64,000 nucleotides of DNA from Methanobacteriota archaeon (GCA_043799545.1 JAZDNO010000027.1:39175-103174); one strand, 5' to 3'. Shown: positions 1 through 9,962, numbered from the stretch's first letter. A program made the numbers and translations. The notes: generated by a model from the letters alone, not told the origin.

Positions 1-251
1 CAGCGAACCTCAAACCGCAGCCTATTCCGCGTCCGACCGCGAGCGTCCTGGGCTTCGAGCAGGGCATGCTGGTCACGCTGATAAACGGCGGCGTGCCGGC
101 CGACTTGCTGGCCTGGCTGAACGCCACGAAAGACATAATGCGCGACCACCGCACGGAGGACATGTGGGAGCTGACCTTCTACGACGCCAACGACGCCCTG
201 AACGAGGTTGCCAGATACATGGGGATAGACGACTGGCTGAACAGGGAGTGA
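1..251 (+). CDS. 3' end of a hypothetical protein (5'-truncated by window edge)
   Basis: Frame of ORF 66..251 stays open back to position 3 (ANLKPQPIPRPTASVLGFEQGMLV...); stop TGA at 249-251; no family recognised. Confidence 0.6.
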   Translation, partial: ANLKPQPIPRPTASVLGFEQGMLVTLINGGVPADLLAWLNATKDIMRDHRTEDMWELTFYDANDALNEVARYMGIDDWLNRE

Positions 252-293
252 TGGCGCAACCATTTTAGCCTCTCCGGCCACTCAACCGCTGCC

Positions 294-1865
294 ATGGCAA
301 TCTCCCGCGAAGGCTCGGGCTTCGACGTCGTCTTAGTCTCCGCAGAATACTGGGACGACCACCCCCTGTGCCCGGTCGGCGTCATCGCGCGCGTGCTGGA
401 CTCCGAGGGCTTCTCAGTCGGCGTCGTCGAAAAACCTGTCGGCGACGAAGACTTCGCGAAGCTCGGAGCTCCAAAACTGTTCTTCGGCGTCACGTCCGGC
501 TCCATAGACTCGATGCTCAACAACTACACGCCGCTAAAGCGCTCCCGCAAAGACGACCCCCATGCAGACTGGAACCCCATGCCGGACCGCGCGGTCGTCG
601 CCTACTGCAACGCCCTGAGGAGGCTTTTCAAAGGATGCAAAATCGCCATCGGGGGAATCGAGGCCTCGCTCCGCAGGTTCGCCCACTACGATTACTGGGA
701 CAACGCGGTGCGGAGGAGCGTGCTGCTGGACTCGCGCGCCGACATCCTTGCCTACGGAAACGGGGAGACGCAGGCGGCGGAGATTGCAGCCCGCCTGAGG
801 GATGGGAAAGATTTGAGCGGGATTCCTGGAACGTGCGTTCTCTCCAGGGAACTGCCAGATGGTTTCGCGGTCCTGCCGTCATATGCCGAGGCGCGGGACG
901 ACAAAAGGAGATTCTGCGAGATGCAGATGCTCTTCTCGAACGACAAGGCGCTAGCCCAGGCCTACGACCGCAACTACGTTTTACAGCATCCGGCACCTGG
1001 CTGCACTCCGAAAGAGCTGGACGCAATATACGCTCTGCCGTTCTCGCGCAAAATGCACCCGAAGTCGCAACTGAAGATGGCGCAGTTCTCGGTCGTGACG
1101 CACAGGGGCTGCATCGGGGAATGCTCCTTCTGCTCGCTGGCGCTCCACCAGGGGCGCCGCATCGTCTCGAGGAGCGAGGACTCGATCGTTCGCGAAATCG
1201 GGGAGATGGCGAGGCATCCGGAGTTCAAGGGCTACGTCGACGACCTGGGGGGGCCGTCGGCGAACATGTACGGGATGGACTGCGCCAACGAATGCGGCGA
1301 TGCTTGCCTGGCATGCCCGGCGCTCGACCGCAGCCATTCGAGGCTCGTCGGGCTCATGAGGCGGGCGCGGGCTGTGCCTGGCGTGAAGAAGGTCTTCGTG
1401 CGCAGCGGCGTCCGCTACGACCTGGCGATGGAGAGCAGGGAGTACGTTCGAGAGCTGTCGGGGCACCACGTCTCCGGGACTCTTAAGATAGCGCCCGAGC
1501 ACGTCTCGAAGCGCGTGCTGGCGCTGATGAACAAGGACGGTTCCCGATTCAGCGAGTTCTGCGACCTTTTCAACTCCCTGAACAGGGACACTGGCCAGAC
1601 TCTGCGCCACTACTTCATGGTGGGCCACCCGGGGGACGACATGCAGGAGGTCCGCTTGCTTGCGGAGAAGGCCGCGCACCTGGGGAACGCGGAGCAGTTC
1701 CAGCTCTTCACCCCAACCCCCATGACGCTCTCGACGTGCATATACTGGGCCGGTCTTGATCCCCGAACCATGAAGCCGGTGAAGGTTGTTTACGACTACG
1801 CGACTAAGAAACGGATGAAGACCGCGATGACGCGGACGTTTGATTCATTAAAACCGTCGTTTTAG
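294..1865 (+). CDS. YgiQ/UPF0313-family radical SAM protein
   Basis: N-terminal D..L.S...DHP and FFGVTSGSIDSMLNNYT motifs; CxxxCxxC (GCIGECSFC); DDLGGPSANMYG; LKIAPEH; FTPTPMT. Confidence 0.93.
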   Translation: MAISREGSGFDVVLVSAEYWDDHPLCPVGVIARVLDSEGFSVGVVEKPVGDEDFAKLGAPKLFFGVTSGSIDSMLNNYTPLKRSRKDDPHADWNPMPDRAVVAYCNALRRLFKGCKIAIGGIEASLRRFAHYDYWDNAVRRSVLLDSRADILAYGNGETQAAEIAARLRDGKDLSGIPGTCVLSRELPDGFAVLPSYAEARDDKRRFCEMQMLFSNDKALAQAYDRNYVLQHPAPGCTPKELDAIYALPFSRKMHPKSQLKMAQFSVVTHRGCIGECSFCSLALHQGRRIVSRSEDSIVREIGEMARHPEFKGYVDDLGGPSANMYGMDCANECGDACLACPALDRSHSRLVGLMRRARAVPGVKKVFVRSGVRYDLAMESREYVRELSGHHVSGTLKIAPEHVSKRVLALMNKDGSRFSEFCDLFNSLNRDTGQTLRHYFMVGHPGDDMQEVRLLAEKAAHLGNAEQFQLFTPTPMTLSTCIYWAGLDPRTMKPVKVVYDYATKKRMKTAMTRTFDSLKPSF

Positions 1866-1929
1866 CCACTTTTTGGCCACCTGTGACCGCTTGGAATATG
1901 GTCTGTGACCACGCATTTGGAGGTCAGAG

Positions 1930-3309
1930 GTGCAAAAGATGCTCGCAGGAAAGCGGTTGACCGGAATGAGGGGGTTCAGCCTGATGTGGCTGGGCCAGCT
2001 CCTCTCGCTCACGGGAACGATGATGACTGGATTCGCGCTCACGATATGGGCGTGGCTCGAGACGGGGTCGGCTACCGCCCTCGCGCTCGTCGGATTCTTC
2101 AGCTTCGCCCCGACCATCATATTCAGTCCGGTCGCGGGTGCGCTCGTGGACAGGTGGAACAGGAAGGCTGTGCTGATAGCGGCGGATTTCGCTTCGGGGA
2201 TGGGCACTCTCGCGATACTGATTCTCTATTCCACCGGCTCCCTGGAAATCTGGCACTTCTACGTGGTCGGCGTAGTGTCCGGCCTGTTCCAGGCCCTCCA
2301 GTGGCCGGCGTTCTCCGCGACGATTTCCACCATAGTCCCGAAGGAGAACTACGCCAGGGCGCAGGGGCTGGTATCTGTCGCAGAGGCGGGCTCGATGATT
2401 GTCGCGCCGATTCTCGCGGCGGCGCTCACCGGCGTCATCGGAATATCGGGGATAATGTGCATCGACCTGCTCACAATGAGCGTCGCGGTGGTCGCTCTCC
2501 TCCCCGTGTTCATCTCAGTAGTCAACGGAAACAGCAAGACGGCGGACGGAAAGCCGAACCTGTGGTCCGAGGTTAAGTACGGCTTCACCTACATCAGGGA
2601 GCGCAAGGGCCTCTTCTACCTCCTGATGTTCTTCCTCGCATTCAACCTCGTTTCCGGGATGGCGGGGCCGCTTTATGCGCCGCTCATATTATCCAAGACT
2701 GGAAACGACCAAGTCGCGCTCGGCACCATCATGTCGGCACTCGGCGTCGGGGGGGTCGTGGGCGGCATCACTCTCGCTGTCTGGGGAGGGCCTAAAAAGA
2801 AGATACACGGCGTCCTGATGGGCGGGGTCATCACCGGGGCGCTGAGCGTCGGGTTCGCCCTGTCGTCGAATGTCTACGCGTGGGGGGCCTTCGGGTTCCT
2901 TCTGATGTTCGCGGGACCGTTCCTCGGGGGCTCGAGCCAGGCGATATGGCAGTCCAAGGTCGCCCCCGAGGTCCAGGGGCGCGTGTTCGCCACGAGGAGG
3001 ATGCTGGCTCAGATGTCCGCGCCGATAGCGATGCTCCTCGTCGGCCCGCTTGCAGACGGGGTTTTCGAGCCCGCGATGGCGGACGGCGGCTCGCTCGCCT
3101 CCACCATCGGCGGCCTCGTCGGCACCGGCCCCGGCGCAGGCATGGCCCTGATAATCCTTCTGACCTCGGCGATAGTCATCGTCGTCGCCTTGACCGCCTA
3201 CCTCGTGAAGCCTATACGCGACGTTGAGAAGGACCTACCCGACCACGACGCGGCGCTGAAGGTCACAAGCGAATCCGAAACGCCCGCGCCGGCGGCTGTC
3301 GGCGCTTGA
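1930..3309 (+). CDS. MFS transporter, macrolide-efflux (DHA3/MefA-like) family
   Basis: About 12 hydrophobic helices; WLGQLLS, GALVDRWNRK motif A, P..QGRVFA; start could be GTG 1930 or a nearby downstream ATG. Confidence 0.9.
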   Translation: MQKMLAGKRLTGMRGFSLMWLGQLLSLTGTMMTGFALTIWAWLETGSATALALVGFFSFAPTIIFSPVAGALVDRWNRKAVLIAADFASGMGTLAILILYSTGSLEIWHFYVVGVVSGLFQALQWPAFSATISTIVPKENYARAQGLVSVAEAGSMIVAPILAAALTGVIGISGIMCIDLLTMSVAVVALLPVFISVVNGNSKTADGKPNLWSEVKYGFTYIRERKGLFYLLMFFLAFNLVSGMAGPLYAPLILSKTGNDQVALGTIMSALGVGGVVGGITLAVWGGPKKKIHGVLMGGVITGALSVGFALSSNVYAWGAFGFLLMFAGPFLGGSSQAIWQSKVAPEVQGRVFATRRMLAQMSAPIAMLLVGPLADGVFEPAMADGGSLASTIGGLVGTGPGAGMALIILLTSAIVIVVALTAYLVKPIRDVEKDLPDHDAALKVTSESETPAPAAVGA

Positions 3310-3384
3310 TTGCGCGGCGCGGGCTCCCCGGGGAACCCCCATGAAAAGAATATAACCAATCCCCGGCATCGGGAGTGCGAAGAT

Positions 3385-4326
3385 ATGACAGCGGACACAA
3401 TGATTTCAACGGCAGGCCTGACGAAGGACTTCGGCAGGCTCAGGGCCGTCGAAGGCGTGAACGTCGAGGTGAGGCGCGGCGAGGCCTACGGCTTCCTGGG
3501 TCCCAATGGCGCCGGCAAATCGACCACAATCAGGATGCTCACGGGCTTCCTGCGCCCGAGCTCAGGCTCCATCGAAATCATGGGCAAGGACATGCTCCGC
3601 AATCCGCTGGCGGTGAAGGAGAAGGTCGGAATCGTGCCGGACCAGTTCGGCTTCTACCCGCTCATGAACTCATACGAGCACCTCGATTTCTACGGCAGGC
3701 TCTACGGAATGGACAGGGCGAGGCGGGAGGCGCGGACCGAAGAAGTCCTCCGCCTCGTCGGCTTGACTGACCGGGCGAAGAGCCGCGTCGGCGACTACAG
3801 CCACGGCATGAAGCAGCGGCTCGCTATCGCGCAGGCTCTGCTCAACGAGCCCGAGATACTCTTCCTGGACGAGCCCACGACCGGTCTGGACCCGCAGGGC
3901 CAGTACGACACTCGCCAGCTTATTAAAAAATTGCATTCCGAGGGATTGACGATTTTCGTCTCCAGCCACCTGCTTCACGAGGTCGAGGACATCTGCACCC
4001 ACGTGGGAATCGTCAAGTCCGGGCGCTTGGTGGCGCAGGACAGCATCGCCAACCTCCAGGGCCAGCTCTCGAAGGCCAAGGGGGTCCTCGTCTCTGTTTC
4101 GGTATGCAAGCCCGGGGAGCTATGGCCGTTCGTCAAGGACGTGCCGGGGGTGCTGGGCGTCGAACCCGCCGGCCCGAACGCCTTCGTCGTGCGGTTGGAC
4201 AGGCGCGATGTTATCCCGGAGGTCGCCAGAGCCGTTGCCCTTTCGGAGCTGGGCCTGTGGAACTTCAACGAGATGCAGACCTCGCTTGAGCAGGTCTTCC
4301 TCGAGATGACGGGGGGTGCGCGCTGA
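3385..4326 (+). CDS. ABC transporter ATP-binding subunit (ABC-2/CcmA-like exporter)
   Basis: Walker A GPNGAGKST, signature YSHGMKQR, Walker B ILFLDEPT, H-loop SSHLL; start moved to ATG 3385 behind a GGGAGTG RBS. Confidence 0.95.
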   Translation: MTADTMISTAGLTKDFGRLRAVEGVNVEVRRGEAYGFLGPNGAGKSTTIRMLTGFLRPSSGSIEIMGKDMLRNPLAVKEKVGIVPDQFGFYPLMNSYEHLDFYGRLYGMDRARREARTEEVLRLVGLTDRAKSRVGDYSHGMKQRLAIAQALLNEPEILFLDEPTTGLDPQGQYDTRQLIKKLHSEGLTIFVSSHLLHEVEDICTHVGIVKSGRLVAQDSIANLQGQLSKAKGVLVSVSVCKPGELWPFVKDVPGVLGVEPAGPNAFVVRLDRRDVIPEVARAVALSELGLWNFNEMQTSLEQVFLEMTGGAR

Positions 4327-5735
4327 TGCCCCCGGCGTTCGTCGATTCCATCTGGACCGTCGCGAGGAAGGAGCTGCTGCTCCACCTCAAGACCAAGAGG
4401 CTGCTGGTCATAGGAGGGGTCTTCGCAGCGCTGATAATCATCATCTCCCTCTACGGAGGATACCTGACGGGCCAGGCGCAGGACGAGCCCACGTACGAGC
4501 AGGGCGCCGGGGCGGTCATGTCCGCCGTTTTCTCATTCTCGGCATTCTTCCCGGCGATATTGGCTGTGGCCATGACCTACGATGCGATAGTCGGGGAGAA
4601 GGTCAACCACTCGATGTATCTCCTGATATCCAAGCCAGTTCGTCGCGAGTCGATATTCCTGGGCAAGCTGCTCGGCGCCTGGCTGGCGGTCGCGCTCGTC
4701 TACGTCGTGGTCTTCTCGCTGGGCTTCGTCCTGGTGCTCGGGATGGCGGGGGCGTCGCCGACGGCCGATGGCGCGGCCGACGTCTACGGAGCCGTGGGAA
4801 TCATATTGCTAGGCACGGGGGCGTGGATGACCCTGGTGATGCTCTATTCCTCGCTGTTCAAGACCACGGCCTCGACGTTGATAACCGCGATACTGTCGTG
4901 GCTGTTCGTGCTCAGCCTCGTGTCGCAGGCCGGGTTGATATACTACGCCGTTTCGATTTCCGGGGAGGATGTTGAGCTCAACGTGAACATTAACTATACC
5001 CCCATGCCAGGCAACCAGACGATACTGACTTTCTCCGGCTTCGCCATGATAAACGCAGTTTCGATAGACGTCTCCGTCTCCGACGCGCAGGGGAATCCTG
5101 TGCTGAACGAGCTGCCCGGTTCTGACAACACGAGCCATAGCTTCGTCGTGGCGCCGGGAACGTATGTGTGGTCCGCATCCAGGGAAGGGGACGCTTCGGG
5201 CGCCTTTGCCAGCGGCACAGTCGCGGTCGTTCCGTTCGCCAGCATGAGCTTCGGTGTCGCGCCGCTCGACGACGACATGTACGCAAACGACGTGGCATTC
5301 TCGCTCGTTGATGGCATGGGCGAGGCGTTCCTCGGCGGAGAATATTCCATATCCGACGGCGGTTCGCCCGCCTTCGTCCAACTCGAAGTCACCGCGTTCG
5401 CCGAGAAGAACCTCACGGAGGGGGCGTTCGCCGCGGAAGTTCGCGTCAACGGCCAGACAGTCCTCCAATCGACTTTCAACTCCTACGGCGAGAAGCTCAG
5501 CGGCAACCTGGCAATCTTCGCAGCGCTGAGCGGCGAGAACGACGACGCCCCCGGTTACGTCCGCGCGATGTACGCCATCAACCCGGACAACTGCATGGGC
5601 GCGTACAACTACCTCTTCAACCCCGACTACGTCGGCATACTGACGCTCGGGGAGTCCATAGGGTCGCTGACGGCATTCACGATTACTAGCATGGCGATAG
5701 GGCTCATCATCTTCAAAAGGAAGAGCTTGGCATAG
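4326..5735 (+). CDS. ABC-2 type exporter permease with large extracytoplasmic insertion
   Basis: ARKELLLHLKTKR start, YDAIVGEK..SM.LLISKPVRRESIFLGK motif, 5+1 TM pattern; overlaps the ATPase stop. Confidence 0.85.
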   Translation: MPPAFVDSIWTVARKELLLHLKTKRLLVIGGVFAALIIIISLYGGYLTGQAQDEPTYEQGAGAVMSAVFSFSAFFPAILAVAMTYDAIVGEKVNHSMYLLISKPVRRESIFLGKLLGAWLAVALVYVVVFSLGFVLVLGMAGASPTADGAADVYGAVGIILLGTGAWMTLVMLYSSLFKTTASTLITAILSWLFVLSLVSQAGLIYYAVSISGEDVELNVNINYTPMPGNQTILTFSGFAMINAVSIDVSVSDAQGNPVLNELPGSDNTSHSFVVAPGTYVWSASREGDASGAFASGTVAVVPFASMSFGVAPLDDDMYANDVAFSLVDGMGEAFLGGEYSISDGGSPAFVQLEVTAFAEKNLTEGAFAAEVRVNGQTVLQSTFNSYGEKLSGNLAIFAALSGENDDAPGYVRAMYAINPDNCMGAYNYLFNPDYVGILTLGESIGSLTAFTITSMAIGLIIFKRKSLA

Positions 5736-5750
5736 AGCAGCCCCGGCGGT

Positions 5751-7100
5751 TTACTTCCACGCTCCCAGCGCATTCCTCATGTGGCTGATTGCCGCCTCCT
5801 CGTACGGTCTGGCTGCGCGGAGCAGGGCAGCGCCCTTCTTGCACTTGTCCTGCGGGAGCGCGCCGTCGAAAGCGAATGGGAAACATTTCTCAAGCTTACC
5901 CATCAGCTCCGCCGCCTCTCCGTACTCCTTTGCCGCGTTCGCCAGGTGCTTCGATTGCGGCTTGGCCGAATATTTCATGGCAAGCCGCCTCAGAAACTCG
6001 GCTGCGTTCTTCCGACCCTCGTGGTAGCACGCCGTGACGTAACTGTGGCCGTGGTACGCCGCCTCGCCGGCAATCCCTTTTTCCAGGACGTTCGCCCATT
6101 CGTCATAGGCTACCGGCCCAGCTTCGTACCCCGCCCATTTCCGGGCTCCCCCGGCGATCTCGACCGCCCTCTCGACAGCCTTCCTATCAGCTTTGGCGTC
6201 GATGCCTCTCGTCTCGCTCCCGAACATGAATGCCTGGAGGCAACCGGGAGCCACCAACGCATCGTACCTTACCGGGTCGTCCGGCATGCCTGAGTTGGCG
6301 CGGAAGGTGCTCACCAAATATTCGTCCCCCCGATAGCCTTTCACGATGCCGTACTCGGGAATAGGTATCCCCCAAAGCACGACCGGCATGTCCCGGTCGA
6401 TCTCCTTTTTCACAACCTCGAAGAGCTTCCTGGCCCGCGTTTGGTCTTCGGCGCTCAGCGGTCCGGGAGCCTGCGGGAAACATTTTGTCTCCGTGTAGCT
6501 TGTGACCTTGCGACCCAGCACTTCCGTCGCCTTCTCGATGTCGTCCCAGTATCCAAGGCACGTAGGCCCGGACGGACACGTCGCCCCCTTCGAGACGTTC
6601 AGTACGAACGCGTAGCCGGTGTATCCCGCAACATCCACAACGTCGCGGTCAATGCCAATAGATTTAAGCGCCCCCGATATCGCGCCGGTGTACGACAGCC
6701 AACAGCATTGATAGACCGGCTCATTGCTCACAAGCCGCTCCACGCCAATTATTCCCTTCTCGCGCCCCTTGGAATACATGCTCGCAAGATTTTTCTGCTC
6801 AGCCGCGACGCGCGCCCTCGAGCCGGCATAGAAACCGCCGATGGCCTCCAGGAGCTGGGCGCCGTCCTCGGTGAGCGAGTAGCTGCCGCGCCCCCTGCGT
6901 TCGACGAGGCCCATGCCGACCATCTGGCTCAAGTGGTTCGCCAGCGCAGTCTTGCTAAGGCCGACCCTGTCCTGCAAATCGCCGAATTCTTTCGCGCCGT
7001 CCGCCAGCATCGCCATCGCCTTCAGACGCGCCGGGTGGGCGCTCGCCCTGACCAGCTTCGACGCCTGCTCCGCGTCCGACGCTTCGAGATTCTTTGACAT
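5751..7100 (-). CDS. ArsR-like winged-helix transcription regulator fused to a large C-terminal (papain/C39- or BtrH_N-like) domain
   Basis: N-terminal AHPARLKAMAML...GLSKTALANHLSQM..GLVER wHTH; C-terminal ~330 aa domain with CCW.SY.G and PVVLWG...YGIVKGY. Confidence 0.75.
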   Translation of the reverse strand: MSKNLEASDAEQASKLVRASAHPARLKAMAMLADGAKEFGDLQDRVGLSKTALANHLSQMVGMGLVERRGRGSYSLTEDGAQLLEAIGGFYAGSRARVAAEQKNLASMYSKGREKGIIGVERLVSNEPVYQCCWLSYTGAISGALKSIGIDRDVVDVAGYTGYAFVLNVSKGATCPSGPTCLGYWDDIEKATEVLGRKVTSYTETKCFPQAPGPLSAEDQTRARKLFEVVKKEIDRDMPVVLWGIPIPEYGIVKGYRGDEYLVSTFRANSGMPDDPVRYDALVAPGCLQAFMFGSETRGIDAKADRKAVERAVEIAGGARKWAGYEAGPVAYDEWANVLEKGIAGEAAYHGHSYVTACYHEGRKNAAEFLRRLAMKYSAKPQSKHLANAAKEYGEAAELMGKLEKCFPFAFDGALPQDKCKKGAALLRAARPYEEAAISHMRNALGAWK

Positions 7101-7148
7101 TTCCCAGGCCTCCGGAAGAGGAAAGGGAGGGGGGGTTGATAAATATTT

Positions 7149-7186
7149 TGGTGAATGAAAGTACTAAAAATGGTGAACAATTGTTC
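7149..7186. promoter_or_regulatory. Candidate operator in divergent promoter region
   Basis: Perfect 12-bp palindrome GAACAATTGTTC (7175-7186) and TGGTGAA direct repeat (7149-7155, 7171-7177) in an AT-rich spacer between regulator and ABC genes. Confidence 0.5.
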
Positions 7187-7259
7187 TGCCGTCAGCATTC
7201 AGTTTGTCCTGCCATGGTTTTACAAGCCTTCTTATCCACCCTACGCGATTCCCACCGCG

Positions 7260-8222
7260 ATGCCCGCCATCGTCGTCTCCGACCTGAAGAAGCGCTACGG
7301 CAAGAGCGTGCTGGCAGTCGACGGCGTATCGTTCTCCATCGATGAGGGGGAGGTCTTCGGGCTCCTGGGGCCGAACGGCGCCGGCAAGACGACGATTGTC
7401 AAGGTGCTCACCACGCTTCTGAGCATCACCGAAGGCCGCGTCTCGATACTGGGCCACGAGCGCCCGAAGCGCGACTATGAGATTCGCAACTGCATAGGCT
7501 ACGTGCCCCAGGACGTCTCTTCGGATTCCGCGCTCACTGGCTACGAGAACCTCCTCATCTCCGCGAAGCTCTACGGCAGGTTCGGGGCAAAGGCCAAGGA
7601 GGTCTCCGAAGCCGTGCTGAAGCAGCTTGGCCTCTGGGACGCGAAGGACCGCACAGTCAAGACCTACTCGGGGGGGATGATTCGGAAACTGGAGATAGGC
7701 CAGGCCATGGTCCACGACCCGAAGGTCCTCTTCCTCGACGAGCCCACTATCGGCCTCGACCCCGTCGCGCGGAAGCAGGTCTGGGCGTCGATAAAGGACC
7801 TGCGGGAGAAGACTGGCGCGACCATCATCGTCACGACGCATTACATGGAGGAGGCGGACCATCTCTGCGACCGCATCGCCATCATGAGCATCGGGAAGAT
7901 TGCCACCGTCGGAACGCCTGCCGCGCTGAAGGCGTCCGTCGGGATGGGCGCCATCGTCCTGGAAGTCAAGGGAACGCCCCCGGAAATCCCGGGAGCTAGA
8001 ATGGAAAACGGCTCAGTCATCATCCCCGCGGCGGAGCCGTCGAAGGAACTTCCGAAGATGGTCCAGCTGATGACCGCCGCGGGCTGCGAGGTCCTCTCCG
8101 CCAAGGCGCGCGAGACCACGCTCGAGGACGCCTTCGTCAAGTACGCCGGCACGAAGATTGAGGAGATGGACCAGTGGTCCGCTGTGCGCAAGACACGCAG
8201 GACGGCGGGGAGGCTGGCATGA
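7260..8222 (+). CDS. DrrA-like ABC transporter ATP-binding protein
   Basis: GPNGAGKTT, YSGGMIRK, FLDEPTIGLD, TTHYMEEAD; likely start ATG 7260 (ORF track starts 7155). Confidence 0.95.
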   Translation: MPAIVVSDLKKRYGKSVLAVDGVSFSIDEGEVFGLLGPNGAGKTTIVKVLTTLLSITEGRVSILGHERPKRDYEIRNCIGYVPQDVSSDSALTGYENLLISAKLYGRFGAKAKEVSEAVLKQLGLWDAKDRTVKTYSGGMIRKLEIGQAMVHDPKVLFLDEPTIGLDPVARKQVWASIKDLREKTGATIIVTTHYMEEADHLCDRIAIMSIGKIATVGTPAALKASVGMGAIVLEVKGTPPEIPGARMENGSVIIPAAEPSKELPKMVQLMTAAGCEVLSAKARETTLEDAFVKYAGTKIEEMDQWSAVRKTRRTAGRLA

Positions 8223-9007
8223 TAGACATCGTCGCAGAAGTACGGAATATCCTCGTCATCGTTGAGCTCGAGGTCAGGCGGCTCCGCCACGACTACACGG
8301 ACATAGGCGTGCGCGCCATCCAGCCCATCGTCTGGCTCCTCGTGTTCGGCACGGTCTTCAGCAAGAACCGGGTCATAGACACCGGAGACTACACCTACCT
8401 GCAGTTCGTCGCCCCGGGCATACTCGCCCAGGCCGTGCTGTTCGTGGCGATTTTCTTCGGGATAATGCTAGTCTGGGACCGCGACTCGGGGAACCTGGCG
8501 AAGCTGCTTGTGGCGCCGGCGTCGCGCTACTCGCTCGTCCTCGGCAAGTGCTTCTCCGCGAGCGTCAGGGCCATCGCCCAGGCGGTGGTGGTCATCTCGA
8601 TAATCGCCGTGCTGGGCATCTTCATCTCCGACATCGCGCTGAAACAGAATCCGCTGTACATCTTTCTGACGATACCGGTCGTCGTGCTGATTGCGGCCGT
8701 GGCCGCGAGCATATCGATACTTTTCGCGACGATTTTCCGCACCCGGGAAAGGGTCATGGGCTTCGGCCAGCTCCTAACGCTGCCGCTCTTCTTCACCAGC
8801 AGCGCGCTCTACCCGATAACGATGATGCCCTGGTACCTCCAGCTGCTGGCGAAAGTCAATCCCCTCACGTACGGCGTGGACCTCCTCAGGGGGCTGATGG
8901 TCACGGGCGACCTGTCAGGGGCGCCGATGGACTTAGCGGTGCTGCTGGCGTACTTGCTGGTGCTGTCGGCGGCGTGCGCTGCGCTGTTCAAGAGGATGAT
9001 GGAGTGA
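8219..9007 (+). CDS. DrrB-like ABC-2 permease
   Basis: QP..WL..FG, Y..F..PGI, WDRDSG...LLVAP.SR, NPLTYGVD motifs; ATGA overlap with upstream stop. Confidence 0.93.
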   Translation: MIDIVAEVRNILVIVELEVRRLRHDYTDIGVRAIQPIVWLLVFGTVFSKNRVIDTGDYTYLQFVAPGILAQAVLFVAIFFGIMLVWDRDSGNLAKLLVAPASRYSLVLGKCFSASVRAIAQAVVVISIIAVLGIFISDIALKQNPLYIFLTIPVVVLIAAVAASISILFATIFRTRERVMGFGQLLTLPLFFTSSALYPITMMPWYLQLLAKVNPLTYGVDLLRGLMVTGDLSGAPMDLAVLLAYLLVLSAACAALFKRMME

Positions 9008-9059
9008 GGGCAATCCTTTTCTCCTCGGCGGGGTATTATGGGAGTCGAGGGGTAGAGAT

Positions 9060-9407
9060 ATGAGGTGGAGGGTCTGGAGATCCCTGTTCAGGAGCGAGAC
9101 CAGTCTCGACGTACCGGGGACGCATTTAGCTGCGGAGGAAGCTGAGGCTAGGTACGCACGCGAGGAGGCGCGGGAGCACGAAAAAGCTCCGGAGCTGAAA
9201 GACGGCGACCTGATGAAGGAGCGCGTCAAGCGAATACGCGAGTTCCAGAGCGTCGAGAAGATCGAGCCTGGGGAGAAGCGCTACGGCGAAGGGGTGCTCA
9301 AATGCCCCCAGTGCGGGACGGCGTACGTGTTCGACGCGGACAACAAGTATTGCCAGGCTTGCGCGACGAAGCTGCACGACGGGAAGAGGTTCATAATCTA
9401 CGAATAA
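9060..9407 (+). CDS. Small hypothetical protein with C-terminal zinc ribbon
   Basis: CPQC...CQAC pair; charged helical N-terminus. Confidence 0.65.
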   Translation: MRWRVWRSLFRSETSLDVPGTHLAAEEAEARYAREEAREHEKAPELKDGDLMKERVKRIREFQSVEKIEPGEKRYGEGVLKCPQCGTAYVFDADNKYCQACATKLHDGKRFIIYE

Positions 9408-9410
9408 GCC

Positions 9411-9959
9411 TCACTTCAGCCCAAGCGCCTCTCCATTCCTCAGGGCCTCGACGACTTCGCGAAGCCGCCTCTCCCTCGTCTCCGGCCTCTTGGCATCGTT
9501 GAGCCACGTCAGGTATCGGCGCCGGTGCGACGGGGGAAGCCTTTCAAATGCCCGGATGACCCCCGCATCCCTGAATGCCCTTTTTGTTTCGGGCGTCATT
9601 TCTGCGCTCGGCAACGGCCTGTCAGCGCCCGCTTTGCCGGGCTTGAACACGGCGAGGCCGTGTTTCGTCATCTTGCCTTCGGCAATCATCTTCCTGGCAC
9701 GCTCGACGTTCGACGGCGACCAGTTGGTTGGATTGCTACGGGGCGTGAACTTGCGCAGGAACTTTTCGCCATCGACCCCCTTGATTATTGAATCTATCCA
9801 GCCGAAGCAGAGCGCCTCCTCGACCGCGTCGTCGTACCGGACCTGCGGCTTGCCCGTTCCCACCTTATAGAATATCATCCAGAACCCTTTGCTTTTCGAA
9901 TGGTTCTTCGATAGCCAGGCGCGGAAGGCGGCGCGGGTGGGGAAGTGAAGTTCGTCCAT
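9411..9959 (-). CDS. YdeI/OmpD-associated (bacteriocin-protection) family protein
   Basis: F.TRAAFRAWL..NH, Y.DAVEEALCFGWIDS, FTPR...NWS..N, AKRPETRERR. Confidence 0.92.
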   Translation of the reverse strand: MDELHFPTRAAFRAWLSKNHSKSKGFWMIFYKVGTGKPQVRYDDAVEEALCFGWIDSIIKGVDGEKFLRKFTPRSNPTNWSPSNVERARKMIAEGKMTKHGLAVFKPGKAGADRPLPSAEMTPETKRAFRDAGVIRAFERLPPSHRRRYLTWLNDAKRPETRERRLREVVEALRNGEALGLK

Positions 9960-9962
9960 GAC

